A DNA stretch of 64,000 bases from a phage. Below the pieces are notes generated by a model. The model was not told the DNA's origin, made no database searches, and worked only from the letters and a program-made list of their open reading frames with translations. Positions within the stretch are counted from its first letter, which is position 1. The number at the start of each line of letters is the position of its first letter. Shown one piece after another: positions 56,616 through 64,000 of the stretch. The stretch is taken from the sequence record PX068455.1; one strand, written 5' to 3'. Position numbers and translations under genes: made by a program.

Positions 56616-58172
56616 TTAATTTTCCATGTTGGATATGGAATTATCTCTGGTTGATGACATCTTAGAAGTGCCGTTGCCAGTGGATCCTGCAGCCATACCA
56701 TCACCAGCCCTGCTGATATCCTGGCCCAAAAGCTTCATCAGCTCTTCTTGATCCATGTCTTCGTCAAATCTTTCATCAAACCCGCCTACTTCAAGAATCT
56801 TATTAATTACTGTAGGAGTTTTTGGCAAGTAACCTACAGCACCGATCCTCTGGACAAACTTGGAGAAGCTCTCCATGTCCACTTCTTCAATCAGACCAGG
56901 TTTCAGTTTAGGCATATCATCATCTTCAAGGATGATACCATTCAATGCCAGAAGCTGTGGAATAAGATCTTTATTGAAGGCCTCAGTGATAATATCTATA
57001 TCACGCTGAACAAAATGCCCATGGATGGATTGTTTTGACTCAGACAGAGAGAAGGACCCAACGTTATCGTTACCAAGGTTAATAAAGCCAGCACCGAAAC
57101 GGTCAAGAATCGCCTTCTTACGGGCATCAATCAAATCTTTAGTGGAATACTGCTTACCCATACCATCAACCCCCTTCAGGGTCATGGAGTAAAGCTCTTT
57201 ACCAGACTTATCTCTATCAGACGGAAGTATAAAGAAACTTTGCTCCCCACTATGGGCGTTTGCTGCGTCCAACATAAGATCTGCAACCATTCTCCCTTCC
57301 ATCGAATTCGGGTCAATGCTGGCCTTGTTCAAAATATTGGAAGGAATTTTCAGCTCAAGCACACCACCAAGGTCTTTGGAGCAGCCAACAACCTCAAGGT
57401 TTTCAATCAAAACTTTCTCACGGAAAGATCTGTAGCAACCTATCATCGGTGACACACCTGCAGGATTAGATTCTGTTCCTGACAGAGTCATGAGCATAAG
57501 CTTTTTAGCAGGGATGAAAATTTCAGGCTCATTAAAGCCTTTTGAAGGCATTGCAGCAAGAGGACCAGCCCAGCGTGCATTCTGCGTGTTTAGAAATGCA
57601 TTAGGTGATTGATAAATACCTGTCAGTGTTCTACTATTCTTGTCAAAGACAAACGGCTCTGATCTGGACAAACTGGCCTGTGGTCGGAACGCAATCTTAT
57701 CAATAAGAAGCATCCCGGCGTATTTACCTTCTTTCTCTCTGCGGTATACTTTCTCAAACAGTGAAAAACCATACTCGTTAAAGGTAGCTGCGCTTCTTGC
57801 AATATCTCGAAGAGTTTGTTGGTTTGCCAAATTACGCAAAGAATACTCTACAAGCTCGGCAGCTTTCTTAGAGTCTTCACTTTTAACATTATAAAGTATC
57901 TTAAAATCATTAAATGCTTTCGTGATGAAAACATATTTTGTATCTAAGGCAGTAGCAACTGTGGAATCACATTTCATAGTTTCCACTGTAGCAATCAGCT
58001 GAGGCCAACGCAATTCCTCAACCATCATAGATTGTGATTCTGCCATAATTTGGGAAAGTGCGCCAGAACCGATCTCACTCATACGAACATTATGAGTTGG
58101 TGCGCCTGCGTTCCCAGATTTATTCACAGTTTTGGCTGTGGCGTTGTGTTTCCTGCGGTTCTTTTTGGACAC
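56616..58172 (-). CDS. portal protein
   Basis: 518 aa directly downstream of terminase large subunit; basic N-terminus, acidic C-terminus. Confidence 0.65.
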   Translation of the reverse strand: MSKKNRRKHNATAKTVNKSGNAGAPTHNVRMSEIGSGALSQIMAESQSMMVEELRWPQLIATVETMKCDSTVATALDTKYVFITKAFNDFKILYNVKSEDSKKAAELVEYSLRNLANQQTLRDIARSAATFNEYGFSLFEKVYRREKEGKYAGMLLIDKIAFRPQASLSRSEPFVFDKNSRTLTGIYQSPNAFLNTQNARWAGPLAAMPSKGFNEPEIFIPAKKLMLMTLSGTESNPAGVSPMIGCYRSFREKVLIENLEVVGCSKDLGGVLELKIPSNILNKASIDPNSMEGRMVADLMLDAANAHSGEQSFFILPSDRDKSGKELYSMTLKGVDGMGKQYSTKDLIDARKKAILDRFGAGFINLGNDNVGSFSLSESKQSIHGHFVQRDIDIITEAFNKDLIPQLLALNGIILEDDDMPKLKPGLIEEVDMESFSKFVQRIGAVGYLPKTPTVINKILEVGGFDERFDEDMDQEELMKLLGQDISRAGDGMAAGSTGNGTSKMSSTRDNSISNMEN

Positions 58173-58274
58173 AAGCTTTACCCCTCAAAACAGTATAACA
58201 AAATAGCCCTCGTGTCAGAGGGCTAGTATCTCCGATTACTCTATTCTACCACATCTAATTAAGATTGGCAACAC

Positions 58275-59822
58275 TTAGATAAAACGCTTGAACATAGAAG
58301 GTGATGAGATTGATGGAATCACACAAGGCAGCGCTACCTCCTCTTTCTCTAGGAAATTAATCGCAGAAGCTACACAGTCGGCCCAGTCGTCTTTTCTGTT
58401 AAATGTTGATCTTTCCCCGTTGAACTTTTCAAGTTCAGTCAGAAATGCTTCCAGAGTGTCAGGATGGAAACTGGATTTTACAATCCTCACCATTCCTTGT
58501 TGGGCAAGATTGGCAAAAGGTGAGAACCTTGTCAGTTTAGATTTGTTGGAAGGCATTGGATCTTCTTCAACCCTGAACCCTTCGGCGAGCAAGGATCTGG
58601 ATGAGGTTAAGAACTCACTCTTACCTGCCTGGCCGGGGTCCACAGAAAATACGATTATGCAATCATCTCCATCAAACTGTGCCTGTTTCCTGATGATCAC
58701 ATCTCGTTCCCCAGCCTTTTTACAGAACTTGCCTTCCAGACCTGTGGAATACCTACCGTCATCCACGTTCTCAGGACAATAATCTCCGGACAGGTAATAA
58801 AAGCCGTCGCTATCTTTACTTACCTTAACACTGGCGGTAAAGTCAGGAAATTTATTACCGGAAGTTCTCTCGGTCCCTGCCTTATCCCATGCCCTGCAAG
58901 ATACTGATCCAAGAGGTACTCTATCGGCATCCCGAAGGAAAGATCTTTGGAAATAGTTTGCACCCTCAGGTTTGGCAAACCAGTTGCCATGAAGAAGCTG
59001 GGCTTTTTCAAGCTCTGGCAGACCTTCAAGGAAAGCAAGGTATTCTGGGTTGTCTCTCAAGCAGACAGGATTATCGAAAATTGTTGCGCCTATAAACGAG
59101 AATGACAACGGTCTTGGCTTGATCTCCACACCCAGTCCGTTAACCGTGGTGTATTTCTCTATTAACTCTTCTTTAGAGTCTCCCCAAATAAATTCACCGT
59201 CGCGTCGGATAAAATATCTTTTCTTACCACATTTCTCCGGATCTGGATACCCTTCATCGTCCAACCACCACCTAACCAGTTTGGCAAGCATGTGTTCTGA
59301 GTCGGGGTTACAGCTGATAACCATTCTTGATGGATACTTTGACTGAGATCGCAGACGAGACATCAAATAGTCTATCTGCTCCCATTCGAATTGCGTGCCT
59401 TCATCGAAGCAAACCATGGTGTACTCAAGGCCTTGATGGTTAAGCTTATCTTGGACATACTCCATGTGGCAGTATTTTACAACGGCCCCCTTTTTGCTCC
59501 TATCCCACTTGCCAGTGCTCGGATCAAACCGTGGAAAAATAAACTTATGATCCTTCTCTCTGAACTTTGGTTTAATGTTTTCAGGCAGATCACTGTAAAT
59601 AGCTACTGCTTTAGGCCATAGCCCACCCTCACCTTCCAACTGGGGAGTTGTTCTTCGGAACATAACCACAGAGCTGTGCGGGTCATCAATAATTTTAAGC
59701 GGCATTAGCTGCAAGAGGAACGACTTGCCAGACCCAGCTGCACCTCCGATCACCAAAATATCTGCATCGTTCTCTAGGATCATCTTCTGCTTTTCAGAAC
59801 ACGGTCCGTAAATCTTAGACAT
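58275..59822 (-). CDS. terminase large subunit
   Basis: 515 aa; Walker A ILVIGGAAGSGKS near the N-terminus, Walker B MVCFDEGTQFE, nuclease-type acidic residues in the C-terminal half. Confidence 0.85.
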   Translation of the reverse strand: MSKIYGPCSEKQKMILENDADILVIGGAAGSGKSFLLQLMPLKIIDDPHSSVVMFRRTTPQLEGEGGLWPKAVAIYSDLPENIKPKFREKDHKFIFPRFDPSTGKWDRSKKGAVVKYCHMEYVQDKLNHQGLEYTMVCFDEGTQFEWEQIDYLMSRLRSQSKYPSRMVISCNPDSEHMLAKLVRWWLDDEGYPDPEKCGKKRYFIRRDGEFIWGDSKEELIEKYTTVNGLGVEIKPRPLSFSFIGATIFDNPVCLRDNPEYLAFLEGLPELEKAQLLHGNWFAKPEGANYFQRSFLRDADRVPLGSVSCRAWDKAGTERTSGNKFPDFTASVKVSKDSDGFYYLSGDYCPENVDDGRYSTGLEGKFCKKAGERDVIIRKQAQFDGDDCIIVFSVDPGQAGKSEFLTSSRSLLAEGFRVEEDPMPSNKSKLTRFSPFANLAQQGMVRIVKSSFHPDTLEAFLTELEKFNGERSTFNRKDDWADCVASAINFLEKEEVALPCVIPSISSPSMFKRFI

Positions 59823-60109
59823 TAACCTCTCTCCTTTGGAAACAGTGTTCTTATATAGTCTTGCAAAATGATCAATTTAGCTCTATCATTACTACAAGAC
59901 AGGTTATTATCCCTCATAATGCCAGAATTCACCGCATCTGGCGCACCTTTCTTCAAAGGGATAGCTTTAGCAGGTGGTTTCATAGCACCCTCGGGAGGTT
60001 TAACAATCAACCTTCCTACATTCGGAGGGTCAATCTTGTATTCTCTCTCAACGCTGGTTGCACACCCACACAATAACAAGCACAAAACAACCAGTGCAGT
60101 AACTCTCAT
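59822..60109 (-). CDS. outer-membrane spanin-like lipoprotein (o-spanin candidate)
   Basis: 95 aa; signal peptide MRVTALVVLCLLLCGCA with lipobox-like LCGC, Pro-rich mature region; 4-nt overlap with upstream i-spanin-like gene. Confidence 0.5.
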   Translation of the reverse strand: MRVTALVVLCLLLCGCATSVEREYKIDPPNVGRLIVKPPEGAMKPPAKAIPLKKGAPDAVNSGIMRDNNLSCSNDRAKLIILQDYIRTLFPKERG

Positions 60110-60504
60110 CGAACCTCCTGATTGATACTCTCATTATAAATATCTATTAGCTGATCAGGAAGTGTTGACTTCTTACCTTCAGGAGATTGGAGGTAGATAA
60201 TCTGCTTTTCTTTACCTGCCTTCTCAGCCATATTTAATTTATCCTGTAGATCAGAAAGAGATTTTTCAAGGTTTTTAACCTCCTCTGCGTGGCCCATTTT
60301 AATTTTGTCGGCCTGCTTTTGTTGTTGGTCAAGGATCCGTTCCCACTTTAACTCTGTTGCTGACACACCTTCTTGATAAGCATCATTGAGCTTAGAGTTA
60401 AACCAATACACGGCCCCAAGATAAGCCATGCCTATAGCCGCTGCAAAAACTAAACCTTTTATGATCCCTCTGTGTTTACTCATCAATGTTAAAACTGAAA
60501 TCAT
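60106..60504 (-). CDS. inner-membrane spanin-like protein (i-spanin candidate)
   Basis: 132 aa; N-terminal TM GLVFAAAIGMAYLGAVYWF then coiled-coil periplasmic domain. Confidence 0.5.
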   Translation of the reverse strand: MISVLTLMSKHRGIIKGLVFAAAIGMAYLGAVYWFNSKLNDAYQEGVSATELKWERILDQQQKQADKIKMGHAEEVKNLEKSLSDLQDKLNMAEKAGKEKQIIYLQSPEGKKSTLPDQLIDIYNESINQEVR

Positions 60505-60610
60505 TTTTAAGGCTCCAGAAACGAAAAAACCCCGCAGCTATACAGCTAACGGGGCGGGTTAAAATTGAGTAACCTAAATAGATCGAAACTAACTAAAAGG
60601 AGACTAATAC

Positions 60611-60880
60611 TTATCGAGGCACTCGGTGGATGATTCTGACAGTAACCGCATTCTCATTCATCAAGTAAGCATCCACATCTCTGTAAATATAAAACTTCTG
60701 CTCGCTATCAACAACACAAGCTACTGCCCCTTCAGAGTTGTCTTCAAAGAAGACCACAACTGCATCGCAGCTTAGTTCATGATACGACTCTCGAAGATTT
60801 ACAGCAAGAGGGTTGAAATCGTCACGAAGATCTAAAGTATGGGTTGGATTTACACGTTCTACAATTTTAAGTGTATACAT
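60611..60880 (-). CDS. hypothetical protein
   Basis: 89-aa ORF with AAGGAA RBS, just downstream of the tRNA cluster. Confidence 0.4.
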   Translation of the reverse strand: MYTLKIVERVNPTHTLDLRDDFNPLAVNLRESYHELSCDAVVVFFEDNSEGAVACVVDSEQKFYIYRDVDAYLMNENAVTVRIIHRVPR

Positions 60881-60926
60881 TTTAAAGGTTCCTTTTGTGT
60901 GTATATATTTAAAGTATAACTAAAGG

Positions 60927-61003
60927 TGGTCTCCACGGAGTGATTCGAACACTCGACCTCCTGATCCCAAATCAGGCGCTCTACCAAGCTGAGCTACGCG
61001 GAG
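60927..61003 (-). tRNA. tRNA-Pro (anticodon UGG)
   Basis: 77-nt cloverleaf read by hand: acceptor CTCCGCG/CGTGGAG, anticodon loop UUUGGGA, T-loop GTTCGAATC, CCA encoded. Confidence 0.8.
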
Positions 61004-61014
61004 TATTTATTATT

Positions 61015-61089
61015 TGGTGGCCCTGGGTGGAATTGAACCACCGTCTGGCGATTATGAGTCGCTTGCTTGAACCTTCCAGCTACAGGGCC
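61015..61089 (-). tRNA. tRNA-Met or Ile2 (anticodon CAU)
   Basis: 75 nt: acceptor GGCCCTG/CAGGGCC, anticodon loop CUCAUAA, T-arm GGTGG-TTCAATT-CCACC, CCA encoded. Confidence 0.75.
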
Positions 61090-61090
61090 A

Positions 61091-61166
61091 TGGTGCTGAT
61101 GGCAGGACTTGAACCTGCAACCTATTGATTACAAATCAATTGCACTGACAATTGTGCTACATCAGC
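61091..61166 (-). tRNA. tRNA-Thr (anticodon UGU)
   Basis: 76 nt: acceptor GCTGATG/CATCAGC, D-arm GCAC/GTGC, anticodon loop UUUGUAA, T-arm GCAGG-TTCAAGT-CCTGC. Confidence 0.8.
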
Positions 61167-61170
61167 AAAA

Positions 61171-61269
61171 GGTGCTAGGTGATGGAATCGAACCACCTAT
61201 GTATTCAACGACTACCTCGTCTATTTTCAGGATTAAAAATCCTCGCCCTTGCCAAAGGGCTTACCTAGC
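61171..61269 (-). ncRNA. atypical tRNA-like gene (about 99 nt) with non-canonical anticodon region
   Basis: Perfect acceptor GCTAGGT/ACCTAGC, canonical D-arm GCCC/GGGC and T-arm GGTGG-TTCGATT-CCATC, but anticodon arm only 15 nt and a 31-nt extra region. Confidence 0.45.
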
Positions 61270-61367
61270 GCAATATGTTGACCATGTGGCTAGTCGGCGA
61301 TGACGACTGTAACATTTGATAATCCGGTTCTGCTTCCGGCTTTCGCTTAATTACAAGGTCAACAATG

Positions 61368-61458
61368 TGGCGGAGAGTAATGGAATCGAACCATCATCGA
61401 GTTATCCTCAACGGGACGGTTTTCAAGACCGCTTGAGCACCATTGCTCCCTACCCTCC
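61368..61458 (-). tRNA. tRNA-Ser (anticodon UGA), type II
   Basis: About 91 nt: acceptor GGAGGGT/ACTCTCC, anticodon arm GCGGT-CUUGAAA-ACCGT, long variable arm, T-loop TTCGATT, CCA encoded. Confidence 0.7.
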
Positions 61459-61572
61459 TTTATAAATTACACTGATAATGACACTGATTTTCGAGCAGTT
61501 AGTGACTAGTATAAACGACGATAAATATCAATGTCATTATCTGTATGATTTATGCATTTAAAAATATAAATT

Positions 61573-61659
61573 TGGTGGGGAGTGGTGGAGTCGAACCACC
61601 CGAGTCGCAATGACAATAGATTTACAGTCTACACCGCTACCTCTACGGGATAACTCCCC
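61573..61659 (-). tRNA. tRNA-Tyr (anticodon GUA), type II
   Basis: 87 nt: acceptor GGGGAGT/ACTCCCC, anticodon arm ending ACUGUAAAUCU as in bacterial tRNA-Tyr, T-loop TTCGACT, CCA encoded. Confidence 0.75.
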
Positions 61660-61663
61660 AATT

Positions 61664-61738
61664 TGGCACCCCGTACTGGACTCGAACCAGTGTCAACGGC
61701 TTAGAAGGCCGCTGCTTTATCCACTAAGCTAACAGGGC
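61664..61738 (-). tRNA. tRNA-Arg (anticodon UCU)
   Basis: 75 nt: D-arm GCTT/AAGC, anticodon arm GCGGC-CUUCUAA-GCCGT, T-arm ACTGG-TTCGAGT-CCAGT, CCA encoded; G1-U72 wobble. Confidence 0.7.
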
Positions 61739-61796
61739 ACTGGGTGGCTTTCTTTTACACCTGAGCCGCCAGAAAAGGTGGGAGACCATGTTTATA

Positions 61797-61825
61797 ATAT
61801 TACACTGTTAGGCAAAGTTTGTCAA
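61797..61825 (-). promoter_or_regulatory. sigma70-like promoter (TTGACA-17-TAATAT) for the tRNA cluster
   Basis: Consensus -35 at 61820-61825, -10 at 61797-61802 (minus sense), about 55 nt upstream of tRNA-Arg. Confidence 0.55.
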
Positions 61826-61834
61826 GAAAATATT

Positions 61835-62173
61835 TTAACTATTGCCAACAGGCTGTATTTCTGTGGTAAATGGCATAAAAGGTGCTGGTTTTTCAGCCTC
61901 TTCTACTACCACCTCTTCCTCTTCACCAAACATCTCATCATATTCTTCCTGCATTCGGTCTGCCTTATCAAGAACATACTCTGCAATGCTTTGACGAATA
62001 TTTTGTTTGGTTTTCGGGTCCAACATCAGCTCTCTTAAAACTTTGTGAGCTTCTGGAACCATCGCTATAAAAGATTCCTTCATATCAAGGATGTTCTTCT
62101 CTAGCTGAATGGCGTTGGACTCCTCTTTCAGAGGTCTGCCTCTACGGCGACGCTTTTTAGTTGTATCCGCCAT
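61835..62173 (-). CDS. basic DNA-binding protein, possible terminase small subunit
   Basis: Track ORF 61835..62293; ATG at 62171-62173 (MADTTKKRRRRGRP) has a GGAGG RBS; AT-hook-like basic N-terminus, acidic C-terminus. Confidence 0.3.
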   Translation of the reverse strand: MADTTKKRRRRGRPLKEESNAIQLEKNILDMKESFIAMVPEAHKVLRELMLDPKTKQNIRQSIAEYVLDKADRMQEEYDEMFGEEEEVVVEEAEKPAPFMPFTTEIQPVGNS

Positions 62174-62518
62174 GTTTCCTCCATTATCACGTGATAGGTG
62201 GATTTTATCACGGCAAATACTGATTGTCAAGTTCGCCGCAGGGTGGTATTCCCTGCGACTTGCCCAGCGTCCTGGACCAGCAAGACCCAACAAGTGGGTT
62301 ACCAGATACCCATTACCGCGCTCTGGCTCGACCTTATTACAGGTTGGCTGGGGTCACATCGTCATGTGCTGGCTGCCCCTACCATTTTAAGTGTGGTGCA
62401 CTATCAAGCCCTCTAAGGGGAACTCAGACTTCTCCGAACCCTGTTTCAAAGCATCCGGAGATAAAGCCATCAAACTCATCTTTAAATTGGATATTCATCA
62501 TGATACACGAAAACAACC

Positions 62519-62761
62519 TCATTGTAAAGCACAAATAAATAAAACATACTTAATTTGTTTGTTATCGGGCTCAGGGTAGAAGTAGAAGATCTTGCTATCA
62601 CCAATCTGCACACCACCATCCCAACAACATAAACCATAACCCGTATTCATACAAGCTAAGTCGTTTGCAAAATCTATTGCATCATCTAGTGCACGAAATT
62701 CACCTTCATCTTCTAAATAATCCTCATTCATGGAACGGAAAACGAGCTTAACCTTAAACAT
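62519..62761 (-). CDS. hypothetical protein
   Basis: 80-aa ORF. Confidence 0.3.
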   Translation of the reverse strand: MFKVKLVFRSMNEDYLEDEGEFRALDDAIDFANDLACMNTGYGLCCWDGGVQIGDSKIFYFYPEPDNKQIKYVLFICALQ

Positions 62762-62837
62762 AGCATTACCTGTAGACCTCGTAAGTTAAAATTGTATCAC
62801 ATCATATTGCAGATCTTATCAGGTAACATTATTTTTG

Positions 62838-63026
62838 TCAACAGATTCCGGCCTTATCCCTCCTGTCTGCGTATTCTTTAATCGCAACCTCACCTGCATT
62901 GGTAACCAGATCTTCAAAGTAATTCTCAAGCTCCTCGTCAATGTCCGGTGACCAGCTCTTTTTCCTGTCAGTGTGAATTGCAGACTTGTTGAACTTATTA
63001 CAATTCTTTGCTACCGGATTGTTCAT
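62838..63026 (-). CDS. hypothetical protein
   Basis: 62-aa ORF. Confidence 0.25.
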   Translation of the reverse strand: MNNPVAKNCNKFNKSAIHTDRKKSWSPDIDEELENYFEDLVTNAGEVAIKEYADRRDKAGIC

Positions 63027-63036
63027 TAAGCTCTCC

Positions 63037-63615
63037 TCAACGTTCGTAGTAAATCTTATTCAACATTACCTCATCGTTTGCAGAAAGGATATCAAGATAT
63101 GCATCACCAAATCTGCCTGCAACAACCTCTGCATGATACATCACTTCGTTAACATCGTCAAGAGTGATAACCGGATGACCATATCTTTCTGAATATTGTC
63201 TCAGTGTGCGATGTAACGAGTCGTCATCATATGCAGACTTTTTAATATCACAAACACGACGAATGGCCTTGATGTCGAAAAAACCTGTGCGATACCACCC
63301 AAGAAAAAAGTTCCGTGTAGTGTCAACATCTACATCAATACCATTAAGAACCTTATCTACAAGATAGCTGTCATCCTTTGGACTAGCGTCCTTAGTGCGA
63401 ATGTAGTTGCCATCTTTTCCAGGTGATAGCTCCTTCTCATCACCAACTTGCATGCCATCATTTGGCGGTGTTAGCCACTTATCAGGATGCTTACGATCAC
63501 GAGCGTTAGAATGATTACGCTGGAAACCTGGCTTCCACTTGAAAGTTTTCTCCATCTGTTCTTCATTCTGATAACGTTTTGCAATCTTTTCACTGGCATC
63601 TTTGCGTGAACTCAT
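63037..63615 (-). CDS. hypothetical protein
   Basis: 192-aa ORF with AGGAG RBS. Confidence 0.4.
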   Translation of the reverse strand: MSSRKDASEKIAKRYQNEEQMEKTFKWKPGFQRNHSNARDRKHPDKWLTPPNDGMQVGDEKELSPGKDGNYIRTKDASPKDDSYLVDKVLNGIDVDVDTTRNFFLGWYRTGFFDIKAIRRVCDIKKSAYDDDSLHRTLRQYSERYGHPVITLDDVNEVMYHAEVVAGRFGDAYLDILSANDEVMLNKIYYER

Positions 63616-64000
63616 AGCAGACTCCTCTTCAAGTTATAGAAAAACTCACTGTATCGCTTTGTAACGAGCTTTTCTATCAAACTGGTGCGATTGCCTTACT
63701 TGGTATAGTTTATATAGCTGTGGAGCGATTTAGGGGCCTTCTTGTCAGTTTCCACACATAAACTTTATCCGAACTCGCGCGGGAGGCTCTCAACCGACTC
63801 CTTCCGGCGCTGGCAAGCTTTCGTCGGTGGTACACATTAGTGCTCGGCCTTTGGCCTGCGCTATCGCTTCGCTCCCACACATGTTAACAGTCCTGCATGT
63901 ATGCACTTCTGTTATTGTGTGCACTATGGAGGCCCGGCATCTCGCCCCTCGTAGGCGAGTGCCAATGAAGGGCCGACACTACCCATAATAAGTAATAAAT

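Noticed and set aside
61270-61367. Possible extra tRNA between the tRNA-like gene and tRNA-Ser
   Set aside because: Only two short hairpins (GTCG-GCGATGA-CGAC and CCGG-TTCTGCTT-CCGG); no acceptor/T-arm pairing or T-loop motif on either strand.
63720-63990. tRNA or tmRNA in the GC-rich terminal segment
   Set aside because: No GTTCRANYC T-loop or matching acceptor stem found by eye; kept only as an unclassified structured region.
1-64000. CRISPR array, integrase, transposase or IS element
   Set aside because: No regularly spaced direct repeats and no recombinase or transposase motifs seen in any ORF translation; the only repeats are the 10-bp tandem duplication, the fibre 30-mers and intragenic coiled-coil repeats.

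Overview
Phage-type DNA throughout, about 95% coding, with no host housekeeping genes, rRNA, CRISPR array, integrase or transposase recognised. Three blocks: (i) 1-6987, minus strand, with an Hsp90/GHKL-like ATPase, a MoxR-like AAA+ ATPase, a secreted SleB-like cell-wall hydrolase and small unknowns; (ii) 7064-13692, plus strand, with HNH-like, metallopeptidase-vWA, HAD-like and paralogous small ORFs; (iii) 13739-60880, minus strand, a virion morphogenesis block running from terminase large subunit and portal through capsid, sheath/tube, tape measure and baseplate to a very large tail-fibre/tailspike repertoire, followed by a minus-strand tRNA cluster at 60927-61738. The most unusual points are a lambda gpJ-like central-fibre module sitting inside what otherwise looks like a P2/Mu-type contractile-tail baseplate cluster, a phage-encoded Hsp90-like ATPase, an HNH-like gene split by an exact 10-bp tandem duplication, and an atypical tRNA-like gene. 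All calls rest on reading the ORF translations and motifs by eye; no database search or RNA-folding program was run, domain assignments are from remembered family signatures, and regulatory-site coordinates counted by hand may be off by a base or two.
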